A stretch of DNA of 64,000 nt. Source: Octopus sinensis. Taxonomy: Eukaryota. This document shows positions 13,601 to 24,363 of this stretch, one piece after another; the first letter of the stretch is position 1, and each line of letters begins with the position of its first letter. Made by a program: the position numbers and the translations under genes. The stretch covers positions 56,544,001 through 56,608,000 of the forward strand of contig NC_042999.1 of the NCBI RefSeq assembly GCF_006345805.1, written 5' to 3'. The notes beneath the pieces are model-generated. The model saw only the letters and a list, made by a program, of their open reading frames with translations. It had not been told where the DNA came from and made no database searches.

Positions 13601-15998
13601 GTGTTAACAACAAACAAGATGAGGACAGATATCCGTCAAATGTAAATACTGTACATAATTCCTCATAAATATAGATCTAGATTCCAGCTATCTTAGCCTT
13701 GGTATTTACATTTTCTAGTGATAGGGCTGACTATAATTTCTTCCAAGTCTTTCTTTACCAGATGTTATCTAATTACAACAATTATTTAAATCTTCATAGA
13801 GGGTTTACTTCCTGTTCTCTTCTTAACTTTCGGTACGTTTTTATATTCTGCTAGGAAACCCCTATACGTTCATCTGCAGGCGTCGCTAAGGGATCTCCAT
13901 CTTCCCGATCATCACCAGGAGGCACTGGTTCTCCTACTTCAGGATCAGCTAGAAAAGTTCCAGTGAATATCACCGATTTTCTTTCTACTTCTTTCTCTAC
14001 CTGTACAATGTTGTATGAAAGGGAGTGTGGAGTGTTTGGACTTGTTTAAAATAAGCATGTCTTTATTATTTCATTTGAGGTGTTCACTTGACAGTCACTA
14101 CTTTGGTTAGCATGACAACACATTGTTCTGCCTGGAAGCTGGGCTGATTTTTTGTTTTCTTTTGGTCAGCAGTTTTTTTTGTTTTTTTTTGTGCTGCCAA
14201 TGCTAACATTGTTTCAAAGATCATGTACACAATTCTAACAATATCCTGCCTCAGTGGCTATTTTCATTTTATAGAAGTTAGCTTTTTTTTCCTTTTTCTT
14301 ACTTACCGAGTTTTTTTTTCTTCTTTCCCCACTGCTTATCTGTTATAATGAGCCAATCAGGGGTTCACTGCATTCTTTATGGTGAAGGTGCCAAGGGAGT
14401 GTTTGTACCTGAATACAGAACAAGTCTCAATCCCTTGTCAGTATCCATTCCAGAAATATATACACGTTTATCTGTGCGTGTGTGTATACACATATACAGT
14501 ACTTTTCTGTTCACAAGATTTTGGTTAACCCAGAGCTATGGTACAAGATGCTTTGTATGCCATGCTGGAGAATGCAAACTTAGAATCCCGTACTTGTAAA
14601 TTGAACTTGTTAACCACACAGCCATGCTTATACCCAAGTAACTGTCATCACCTCCTCGTCACCTCATTTAACTCTGTTCAGTGTTGGCAATTATATTATT
14701 AAAGATAATCATATTAGATTTATTTCATAACATTACCAATAACCTGTGCAATTTGGTTAACATTTTAAAATTATTTATAAGGATTATTAATTTAATTCCT
14801 ACATTTGTTTGTGTTTTACTCTTAGAAGGATAATATTTATTATATCCTGTCAGTTTTTCAGTCCAATAATTATTAATAATTTTTTTTTTTTCTGACCATC
14901 CAAGTGTTATTATAGATATTGGTACAGTTTATCATTTCTTTCCACAGTTCTTTTCATTTTTATTGAACTCTGCCAGGTTTTTTGAGCTGCAGAGGTTGGG
15001 TAGTGGAGAGCAGGCAGGGCAGTGATCCACATTCACAGGAAGTTGAGCTGGTCTTGTAGCCCCATCTAACCAAAGAAACTTGTGATCGTCCTTTTCTCAT
15101 TCTGAGGTTGTCGAGTGTCTTCTCTGTTGCTTTTGTGCCTGAGAGAAGCCTTTAGCTGGGTAGAATTCCCATATCAATTGGAGGTGGGAATTGTTCTCAG
15201 GTTTCCATCCAGACCTGGAGTCTGGATTCCTCTTAAGTCATTGGCCCAGGAGTTGATACCTCAGGGCAAGGTGGCATTCATCACTAATGAGCTTTTATCA
15301 TTTTGATTTAACTCTCCACTTTTCCATCTGATACCAGCAGTGGCAATGCCTGCTGGGAAGTTCTGATAATGTCAGCTATTTAAATATTACTCCTTAAGCA
15401 TCAGTCCAAGGAATGATATACATTTATCTGTTGGGTTCCCTGAAAATAAAAGGCAGTTATTCTGGTAATTCTAGCATTTCTGATGAATTATTATCATTGT
15501 TACTGTATCAGTGTTGGATTGAAGTCTCATTTGATAAGCAATATAAAGTTGTTTTATAATTTTAAACTAGTGTTTAATAAGAAAGAGAATTATAGACTGA
15601 AATAATTGTTCTGAAGATTATTCAGAGATAAATTTCACAAAACTCAGAGATACTATGACAGTAATTAGTGTGTATCAGGTGTGAAAGGTGTCAGGTTGCA
15701 ATAGTAGTTGTAGTATTATGTAGTGAGACAATTCAATCAGGCTTCTGTTTTTTGCTGATTTTCTTTGATCTCTCTTTCAGCTTGATTCCAAAACAGCTGG
15801 CACTGAAGGGATGTTGGCTAATTTCTTTAACAGTCTTCTCAGCAAGAAAACAGAGGCAGGTAATAAATCAGGTAAATGAATTGCACCATCTATTTCAGAC
15901 TTTTATCCATTTCATTGTCAAACTGTATTGTCATGATGTTTTCAATCTGGGCTGGTGGGAGGGATGACCGAGTGATCCCCCTCAAGTAACCACAATAT

Positions 15999-16034
<36 letters not shown>

Positions 16035-18594
16035 CATTGTGTACAGTGCTCAAGTGCTCTACAACTCATCTAAAGTGTATGTATAGTACATAGGGTAATG
16101 TACAAGCATCAGGAAAAGAACAGTGCATGAGTCACGACATACACATGTGTATGAGTATGGAAGGGGGACAATCAGGTGTAGTTTCGGCGGATTTCAGAAA
16201 GCATGAGGGCCTTAAAGGATGCAGTGTCATGGCAGTCAACAACTGACGCAGGCTGTTTGTTCCATGCTTCAGCAACTCTGAGCGTAAAAAAATGTTTCCG
16301 AAAGTCATGGGAGCTGTGCTGTTTTCTGACTTTGTAGGCATGTCCACGTGTGTTGGACACATGGAGATCAAAAAGGTGTTCAGTGTTGTTGTTGGTGAGG
16401 TGGTTGATAACTTTGTGGGTGTTTACCAAGTCCATCGCCAGACGCCGGAGCTTCAGTGAATCCATGCCCAGGGAAACAAGGCGCTCAGTGTATGGTAGGT
16501 GTCTGATGGAGGGTATGCGTTTGGTTGCACGTTTCTGAACAGATTCCAGGAGGTCAATGTTCTGAGCAAGATAGGGGTTCCAAACTGATGATGCGAATTC
16601 CAAATGTGGTCATACCATAGCTGTATTGCTCCGAGAAGCAGCAATACCCCTGAGTATTACACATCTGACAGCAAGTACAAGTTTATAATCGACGGAAGCT
16701 GTGATGTCATCATTTATAACAACACTGCATGAATTTCCTAACCTTGTTATTTAGATATCCCTGTCAGATATGTCATTGTGGTCCCTCCCGCCCATCCCCT
16801 ACTGTATCCGCCCTTTGTATCTCTAATCTCTGCCTCTTCTCTCCCCTTCACCTCATCCACCTACTTCTCATCTATCTACAGCTTTATTATACTTTTGTTC
16901 TCCAGCTCACCTTACCAACTCCTCCTCCTCTATATTTCTGTACACTTCCCCCCTCCACCACCTTCACCTGTGCCCACCACTCACTGGATTTTCCTTTATC
17001 CTTATCTCTACTGTGTCACTTGCCTTTCACACATTTGCAAACCTACCCAACCAGCCACCCTTCATTCTTTGTCCCCATTCTTTCTTTATACCCTTTTAGG
17101 GTGTTCCCTGACACCTCATCCCCACTACCCTTTCTCCTTTTCCTGTGGAACAAATTTTCAGTATTTAAAAGAATGTTATTTCATGTTGTATATTCTTACT
17201 GCTGAATTCGCCTGTCCACCCCTGCCAACCTGTCTCCCCCACTGCACCTCTTGTGCATTCATAGCTTACATTCTGTATGGAAATCCTACTACCACCTTTT
17301 CTGCATATCAACTATAACCATTTCCGTGACAGTCAAAGAATCTTTTCTTTACTACCTACTCCTCCTACTACTACTACTTTAGTCTTTGCTAAGTTTACTG
17401 TAAGGCCTCTTGATTCTAGGCCTTGCTTCCATAATTCTAATTCCGTCAGCTGTAAGAATTACATCCAGCATAAAGAGAGTTCTTATTGACAGCCAATCTT
17501 GACATCCTACAAAATTCTAACAAACGGGGAAGGTGCTGAAAGCTGATTTCTGGTGGATGCCTTTGCATCTCACAAGCCATTCACTCACCATTATATGTCT
17601 CTCAAACCATTCATCTACTCTTAGTTTCCTAGTAACCGCAAAGTTAAGTGTGAAAATTTATGAAACGCCTTTGCCAAATTGATGAACGCAAGGTAGGGGT
17701 GCACACTCTCACCAAACTAAAAGCTCCTGCAGTTGTCTTTTAGAAGACATCAGTAGCCCTTCACTCTGCCACAGAACCAAGATGTATCTCATCTATGCTA
17801 ATTCTGTTCCTAATTGTATTTATTACTCTTTTTGCGGCTTTCATGACCTGTGTGTGTCTGTATATGTGTATATGTAGGCAGGCATGTATGTATTTGTTGG
17901 TAATTTTATCTTACTAAATATGAAAAGCGTAAAGGGGCGGGGTTGGGTACACACCAACAAACCATTTCTCCTCACTCCCTTCATCCTTCTCCACTGACTT
18001 TTGTCTAATCCTCATTGCCTCTTTCTCTCCTTCCCCTATTCCCTCATTGCCTCTTTCTCACCTTCACCTCTTCCCTCATTGCCTCTGTCTCTCCTTCCCT
18101 GCTTCCCTCATTGCCTCTGTCTCTCCTTCCCTCATTGCCTCTGTCTCTCCTTCCCTGCTTCCCTCATTGCCTCTTTCTCTCCTTCACCTCTTCCCTTATT
18201 GGTCTCTCCTCTGATTTCTTATTCTTCCGCTAACAGTGATGTTTCCTCAATGATTGCCATGTGAACTTCATAAATTGCTATTTACCAACGTAGGCCAGCT
18301 TTAACTTTCTCAGTTTCTACTGTTTAATAATAACAACCATGTGTAGTTTAATGAGGGACCCTCATAAATTAGATGTAACTTTCCAGTTATTATAAAGCAG
18401 ATTGTAGATAAAAAGTGTCTTATTTGTTAATGTTTTGTTGTGTACTATAATGGATTGTGTCTTAATTTCCAGTTGACAAGGCTGCCGTAACTCGTGATGC
18501 TGCTGCCGAGCTGGACCGATTAAATCGAACTAAGAAAACAGTAACTGCGGATGGTTCTCCCAGAGGTTCTAATGAGCCAGGCACGCCGACATAG
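1450..18594 (+). CDS. DYNC1LI1: Cytoplasmic dynein 1 light intermediate chain (invertebrate co-ortholog of DYNC1LI1/2), 3' part. Exons 1450-1643, 5631-5724, 8726-8861, 10244-10355, 12278-12379, 13855-13956(or 13962), 15781-15859(or 15871), 18473-18594; 5' exons lie upstream of the window
   Basis: Exons join in frame across GT-AG introns: ...[11 protein letters not shown]|[31 protein letters not shown]|[30 protein letters not shown]...|[18 protein letters not shown]...|...[15 protein letters not shown]...|...|[15 protein letters not shown]|...AELDRL...*. These match hallmark LIC motifs ([41 protein letters not shown]). Confidence 0.97.
1880..3230 (-). mobile_element. Degenerate RTE-clade LINE fragment, interrupted by the SINE dimer at 2740-3186
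   Basis: Similar to the RTE fragment at 30150-30830 (e.g. aagcttggcttttttaccaacc, tcctgcttcccatcacttgtg); colinearity resumes after 3199. Confidence 0.7.
2740..3186. mobile_element. Head-to-head inverted dimer of the hammerhead-carrying tRNA-SINE
   Basis: Minus copy ~2740-2957 and plus copy ~2958-3186; flanking direct repeat TAAACT(C/T)CATTT at 2728-2739 and 3187-3198. Confidence 0.9.
3790..4300 (+). mobile_element. Possible highly decayed Tc1-like transposon relic
   Basis: ccaaaaggcagttaacttcacttgagaaagggagata resembles a Tc1 transposase N-terminus (PKG.QLT..EKG.I); otherwise eroded. Confidence 0.3.
5631..5724 (+). CDS. DYNC1LI1: Dynein LIC exon ([13 protein letters not shown]...RKFCLN)
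   Basis: Poly-T + cag acceptor; ends at a U12-type donor T|gtatccttc. Confidence 0.96.
6775..6975 (+). mobile_element. tRNA-derived SINE family A (other copies 25031-25261 -, 26999-27232 +, 30958-31150 +, 31978-32190 +, 44345-44545 -)
   Basis: Shared head aaggcggtgagctggcagaatcgttagc, B-box-like gagttcaaatt, body gaggtcgactttgcctttcatcctttcggggtcgataaattaagtaccag. Confidence 0.9.
7470..8300 (+). mobile_element. Internally deleted, degenerate mariner element
   Basis: Transposase remnants [57 protein letters not shown]; right TIR-like agtctgggaaccttttgatacc. Confidence 0.85.
8420..8646. mobile_element. Mariner-type MITE
   Basis: ~60-bp imperfect TIRs TATTGGTTAGGTGCATAATTATTG.../...CAATAATTATGCACCAGCTCAATA; TA on both sides. 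Confidence 0.85.
8726..8861 (+). CDS. DYNC1LI1: Dynein LIC exon ([12 protein letters not shown]...VVEKDSVFV)
   Basis: Highly conserved LIC segment; GT|gtaagt donor. Confidence 0.96.
9737..10129 (+). mobile_element. Foldback element copy 1 (5'-truncated)
   Basis: Self-complementary 9737-10036; 13-bp TSD TTAACCTCCATTA (9724-9736 / 10130-10142). Confidence 0.85.
10244..10355 (+). CDS. DYNC1LI1: Dynein LIC exon ([13 protein letters not shown]...KPVVRK)
   Basis: ttttaatctag acceptor; AAG|gtaagc donor; PAGWD motif. Confidence 0.96.
10575..10972 (-). mobile_element. Foldback element copy 2
   Basis: Same family, opposite orientation; 10-bp TSD CAAAAGCCTC (10565-10574 / 10973-10982). Confidence 0.85.
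12278..12379 (+). CDS. DYNC1LI1: Dynein LIC exon ([24 protein letters not shown]...STP)
   Basis: atttgcag acceptor; AEDEQVFL helix motif; weak donor CCG|gtctgt fixed by phase. Confidence 0.9.
13423..13678 (+). mobile_element. Full-length tRNA-headed SINE carrying a minimal hammerhead ribozyme motif
   Basis: A box TGGCGTAGTGG 13429-13439; B box GTTCGATTCC 13474-13483; hammerhead motif 13560-13605; 7-bp TSD AGATTCC (13416-13422 / 13679-13685). Confidence 0.9.
13855..13962 (+). CDS. DYNC1LI1: Dynein LIC Ser/Pro/Gly-rich exon (ETPIRSSAG...GSARK[VP])
   Basis: ttctgctag acceptor; open in phase 0; two in-frame donors (13957 gttcca, 13963 gtgaat). Confidence 0.8.
15781..15871 (+). CDS. DYNC1LI1: Dynein LIC exon ([26 protein letters not shown][GNKS])
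   Basis: ctctttcag acceptor; conserved adaptor-binding helix LANFFNSLL; two phase-1 donors (15860 gtaata, 15872 gtaaat). Confidence 0.93.
15995..16700 (-). mobile_element. CR1-clade LINE 3' fragment with (ATT)n tail
   Basis: ORF 16172-16603: [10 protein letters not shown]...[23 protein letters not shown]...TRGH..K...FF..RV.EAWN.LP (CR1 RT C-terminus). Confidence 0.92.
18012..18208. repeat. 32-bp pyrimidine-rich minisatellite (~6 units)
   Basis: Unit ctcattgcctct(t/g)tctctccttccctgcttcc starting at 18012, 18044, 18076, 18108 (24-bp variant), 18132, 18164. Confidence 0.95.
18473..18594 (+). CDS. DYNC1LI1: Dynein LIC terminal coding exon ([22 protein letters not shown]...GTPT*)
   Basis: aatttccag acceptor in phase 1; AELDRL resembles the LIC C-terminal helix; TAG at 18592-18594. 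Confidence 0.9.
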
Positions 18595-19204
18595 AGGTCT
18601 TCTGTAGTCAATATGGCTTTGTGCGGCAGCCAACAGGATTATAAGTATGCATGGATGAATGAATGCTTACCAGAGAGGACTCTGTCTAGTCATCAGACTG
18701 TCTGTTGCAAACCATTACAGTTGCTGGTTATTCATGCCCCATCATGTCAATGTTAACATGTTGATCTTGCCACAAATCACCTGTTAACAGCTCTATTCTG
18801 AGAAATCTGGCTCTCTCTCTCTCTCTCATTTTCTTTTTTTTTTTATATTGCTTGACCTATTTTTTTTTTCAGCTCTGCCAATTCCTACAAAAGTCTCCTC
18901 CACCCATTGTTGCCTTGCCACTCCCTTGTAGGAAATATGTGTGTGTTTATGTATGTATACACACATGTACATATGTCTGCATATATATATATGTATTTGT
19001 ATATACATGTGTGTACACATACACACACATATATAGATTTATATATATATTAATAATAAAAGGGTAAAATTTATTAATTAAATTAATTAATCAATCAATT
19101 AATTAATAATTTCACCAAGTAGATCGGTACATTAAAATAACCTTTATAGGTAAAATTATACGAATATTTTATAATTATAAACATAATTATAATTATAAAA
19201 TATT

Positions 19205-19275
<71 letters not shown>

Positions 19276-22200
19276 CACCTCCAATTGTGTAGGATTATCT
19301 TACTTTCCAGCCCATTTGTCTAAATCTTCTCTCCCTTTCTAACTGTTTTGGTAATCTATAGGTCCCTTCTTTTTAATCCAAATTCTTCCAATTTCTTTTC
19401 TCCATTCTTATCATAACTGCAGCCAATTATTGTCTGCTAGCAGGAGGGCTCTTATATTTTCAGGTTAGGTACATTAGTTTAAAGATGGCCTCCTCACTAT
19501 GTTTGACAGTTTAGAAGTAGTAAATGTAAGCAGTTATTGTCAGACTGGGGCTTGCCATCTTCTAGCTTCGTTGCTGAAACCAGATGGGATTAGAAGGATA
19601 AGAATGCATGGACTAGTCTGTACACAACACTTGGATATTGAGTTCATTTTCAATGGTTTAAACATATTGGTTTAAGCTAGATTTATTTATTCACCTACTG
19701 CTCCCCTTCCCCCACCACTTCCCCCCACCCAAATTCAACAGCAATCCAGAATAATCTTAGGTTCATTAGAAAACCATTTTCGTTTCTTTCTAATGAATGG
19801 CATAAAGATTTTTTGAAAAGCTGAAACTGACTTTGTGCCAGAGATCCCAGCGCTGTAAAGGCAGGGACCGAGTATTCCTCTACTTATTGTGTTCCAACAT
19901 TCTTCTGCAATGCATTCATCGTGAATTCTAGGCCCAGAGCTAACCCTGAAGCCGCAGGCCCTGTTGTGTCAAGGAGAATCTGTTTTTCTGCTCTCCCCCC
20001 TCATCTTTGCTGACAGCAGTGGACTATGTGTCAACCTTGTACAGAACAACACGTTGACTTTTTCAAAAGATAAATTTTGAGAAAAAAGTATAAAAATAAA
20101 CACAGTGAAATATACTAAAACACCACATCCTCCTTGAAAAAAAATGTAAGAATGTTTTTATTATATAATTTATTAACATAATAATTTTAAATATTATTGT
20201 ACATCGGTCTTGTTTGAAATACAATACATATACATGTGTGTGTATATATATATGTGTGTATGTATGTATATATATATATATATGTATATATATATGTATA
20301 TATATACACACACATACACACATAAATATATAAAGTGTTTCATTTAGGAAAGAAAAAATACAAATTATAAAAAATTTCCAATATTCAATGTGTATCCTTA
20401 GATGCTTGTATTTTATTGCGGCTGAAAATATATATTTTTTAAACCTGAGTTATTTCTGTTCCCCGTCCCACCACATCCATTCTTAATATCTATCAACACT
20501 CCTTTTTATGTATGTCCACGTTCCTTTTTTCTTTTCTTCTCTGTCTGTAATAAATTTCTTCACAACATCTCTACATTTTCTCTCTCGCTGTCCTAGTTTG
20601 GAATCTCTCTGTCTGTCTCTCTCTCTCTCTGTTATTTTTAGTCTTTAGCTTCCACTCCCAACTTCCCTGCTGCCGCCACTACCTTCCGTCTCCAAAATAT
20701 TTGTTTTATTGCTTCTGTCAGTGGTGTTCCTTACATATTTGTAATTAAAGCAAAATCTACATCATTAAACCATTAAAACGTTTTGCTTTGTGTCCAGCAG
20801 CCAGTGATGTTAACCCTAACCCTAACCCTCAATACTGTGATCCTTTACATTGTTGCCAGACACTGCAAAATATGTAACCCTGGCTCTGGGAACATTGCTA
20901 CTATCAATCTTTAGGGAGTTTGCATGTCCCCTCTCCTCCTCATCGTCCTGCCTCTCCTATGAATATTCCATAATATGGTAAGTTACTCTTTCTCTCTAAC
21001 TTGTTATTTTTTTTTTTTTTACTTTTGAGATTGTTTAATATTTTTTTAACCCCATTTAATTATTAACATTATGAAAAATTAAAATTAATGGAGACTTCTT
21101 CACTAACAGTGAGTTACAGTATCTGATTCATGAAATGCAATGTTTTGTATTGAATTTCTGTTTGACTTCGGGTATCAATAAGCATTTGGTAACAAACTGA
21201 AGTCTTAACCCAGGAATTTATACCTTTAAATTATTTCCAATAATGATTCGGTGCCAAGCAGCAAATCATTTGCTTTCCAGTTTAGTAGTAAACCAGATTA
21301 TTTTAATTTTCCCTTCCTTAGTCACTCCCCAAACCCTTTAATAACTTGGTCCCCCTTTTATGTCTCACTGGCTTCATTAGTAAATTAGACCTACAGGTTT
21401 TAGGCTTAATGATATGCTGAAATTGTTAAACCTTTAGTGTGCTTAATGGAACAAGGCGTCGACAAGAGTTTGTGTCCCTAAATTAACCTAAATATTTTAA
21501 TTGGTAACCTTGATGATGGTCGTTACACCATCCCCTCTTTTTTCCCCACAATATAACAAAGGCTAAAAATCAAAACTATAACTGGCCCCAAAGAGGGACA
21601 TTCTTCAGGCCACAACATGTTTCCATTCAGAAAAAGTCAGTGCTTTCTCAAAGTGTGTACATGTGAGTGTGTTTGTATGTATGTATGTGTGTGTGTGTGT
21701 ATCTAAGTATACACACATACATTTGTGTCTTTCTTTGTTAAATCACTTTCAGGGACTAATGTCTTTGAAATCAGAAGCAAAATGATTTCCATGTTTACTC
21801 TGGGATGTTAGTTATTTGAGGATTATATCACCATTTTGTGTGTGTGTGTGTATATTTTAGTAGCATATCTTCCTTATTGCAGCACCCCCAACCCTTCTTC
21901 TGCCCTGCCCCTCTCCCTCACCTCTCTCGACCATTTTACTAGTTATAAACCATCTCTCTTTGTGGAATGACTAAACAAGTCTCTTAATTATGTTCAAGGC
22001 ATCTTCAGACCTTTTAGTGTTGCAGTTAAATGCGGCCCATTTGTTTGACTGTTCAAAATCAAGGCTGATTTGCCTTGCTTTACTTATTTTCTTTGGTGCC
22101 GCCACAATCTCTGACCAAAATTTATAATTGGTTAATGTGCTTGTGAAGCTTTCGGACCAACTGATTGTGCCTCAGCTCAGCAAGTCATTTATTATTAAAA

Positions 22201-22503
22201 CAAATTTTTTTTTTAATTTTAATTTTTTTTTCCTGTTTCTGTTTTACAAGAAATTTGTTATCAGATCTGTTCAAGCTATTTCTCGTCTTTGGTTTGCCAG
22301 ACGGAGTTTGATTGCTTGTGTAAATGGTATTGTGATAACTCTGATTGTGAAGTTCTCAAATATTTAGATATTGAGCCAACATCATTATCCCAAATATTTA
22401 CTTAAAACAAAACAAAACAACAAAAAAAAAGAAACAAAAAAATCCTGTCTTAAATTAACAAGAAACAAAGTAAATTTCTTTAAAGCATTATGTAGCTTCA
22501 GGG

Positions 22504-22540
<37 letters not shown>

Positions 22541-23564
22541 ATTACAAATATATTTCATTCAGTATCAAGCCACTGATATGGTGAGTATCACATCCTGTGA
22601 TCTTAGCGTCTCCTGACAAAGGCTTCAACAAACCCTAGCAGCTGGTCTCTCAATATTCTCATCAATGTCAATAGAAACCCAACTGCTCTCATTTCAAAGA
22701 CACAACTACACTGTAAATATCTTTATTTTAATTAAAACAAATAATCAATTATATATTCTCAGTCTTTTACTTCTACAGCTGCTTTAAGGGGTTACTCTAT
22801 TAAACACAACTGCGGGGAGCTTACTCTTTATCTCAAAGGACACCAGAGTCTAGAAGTGTGTATGATTTATTCCCATAAACCACAAAACTAACGGGGCTTT
22901 TTAATTTTATTTTTGATTTAATCCCCTGCAGACATTGCTAAAATTTTGGGGACATTTAAAATGCAATTTGAAATATGCACTCAGTGGTTTTACCTATTCA
23001 GTTTCACTTGTGTTTGTGTATACATATGTGTGTGTGTAGGTATATATATGTATATATATAGACACATACACACACACATACATACTCACACACATCTAAT
23101 TTGTGATTTAAATTGTTTTGATTTCAAAAGAAATAAATCTGAATTTTTTTTTTCAATTTGTGACATTTTCATTAATGTAGGCTTAATTTCATAACTTAAT
23201 TGACACATTTTAATAAATTTAGCCTTCAAGTCAAATTGCCCGGTAATAATTCTAACCTTCATTTCGTTCTCCTGTTAATTGGCCTTCTAATTGTACTTTG
23301 ATAGCTAAACCTTTAGATCATGGCTCTAATTGCTAATAAGGCTTCTGTAAGCCACTCTGAATTTTTGTTCTTGTTTCCCCCTTTATACTTGTGTAACATT
23401 GTAGCTGGGTTTGGCTCAACATTTAAAATAAAGAATTCTTCACAAAGAATTGCCTTTTGTTTTTTGTTTTTCAATTGTTTGCTCATTACCAATAACTTCA
23501 CTTTGAAAATAGAAATAATACATTTCTAAATCTCTCAGAAAGATTTATGCAGTAGCAGCACGGT

Positions 23565-23930
23565 AAAGTGATAGTATGTTGTCAACTTAATGTGACAGTC
23601 CCATGAAAGGGAAGATTCTACTGTTATTTAGCCCTAGGAAGCACCATTTCCTGTTGGACTTGACACATTTCCTTTGTCCTTATGTTTTCACAGGCAGATA
23701 AGCATCGACAGCTAGTAAGCCATGCTACTCCAGACTGATGATGAGCAATGACTCTGAAACTAGTCTCTGGATGATGCTGGCTTTGCTGGGTGGAGGTGCT
23801 TGTCTTCACTTTGAAAACCTAAGAAAATATGTCGAGTCCAACAGGAAACTGTGTTTCCTAGGGTTAAATAACAGTAGCATTCTTCTTTCATGGGGCTGTC
23901 ACATTAAGTTGACAATATACTTTCACTTTG
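23565..23930. mobile_element. MITE-like element with ~110-bp imperfect terminal inverted repeats
   Basis: aaagtgatagtatgttgtcaacttaatgtgacagtcccatgaaag... (23565-23675) inverted at 23823-23930. Confidence 0.8.
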
Positions 23931-24272
23931 TCATTTTTTCAGTTGTTATTGTCATCTTAACGTCTACTTTTTCCTGCTTGCATGGGTCAGATGGCATTTG
24001 TTGAAGTAGATTTTCCACTGCCGCATGCCCTTCCTCTCCCTAAACTTCACCTATTTCCAAGCCAGGTAATATTTCCCCTTCGTCATATGCTTCCTCGGAA
24101 GATTGGAAACGAGCAACTTTGCTTGTTTGATGCTGATGCTGCTTTACATCAAAAGAAGGGAATGTGTATACAGGTTGGTTGGGCTAAACTTGATGACTTT
24201 TTACGTCTTCTTTTTACAAGAACAGCTTGGTGCATTGGTCAACAGCATTGGAGAGCATGACGATTAAAGTTG

Positions 24273-24363
24273 TACAGTTCTATATTTAAGAGATGAGGAA
24301 TTATGTACATTTGATGGATATTTGTCTTCATCTTGTTTGTTAACACGTTTCAGCTGATATACC
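24273..24363 (-). mobile_element. 5'-truncated copy of the hammerhead-SINE (begins inside loop II)
   Basis: Reverse complement ggtatatcagctgaaacgtgttaacaaacaagatg...aaatatagaactgta. Confidence 0.85.

Noticed and set aside
16729-17489. Long pyrimidine-rich ORFs (158 and 179 aa) and similar tracts at 1-330, 4800-5500, 10980-11350, 38200-38700
   Set aside because: Low-complexity composition suppresses stops; probably very old retroelement (possibly Penelope) debris with no recognisable domain.
20811-20828. (TAACCC)3 telomere-like repeat
   Set aside because: Only three units; too short to call an interstitial telomeric site.
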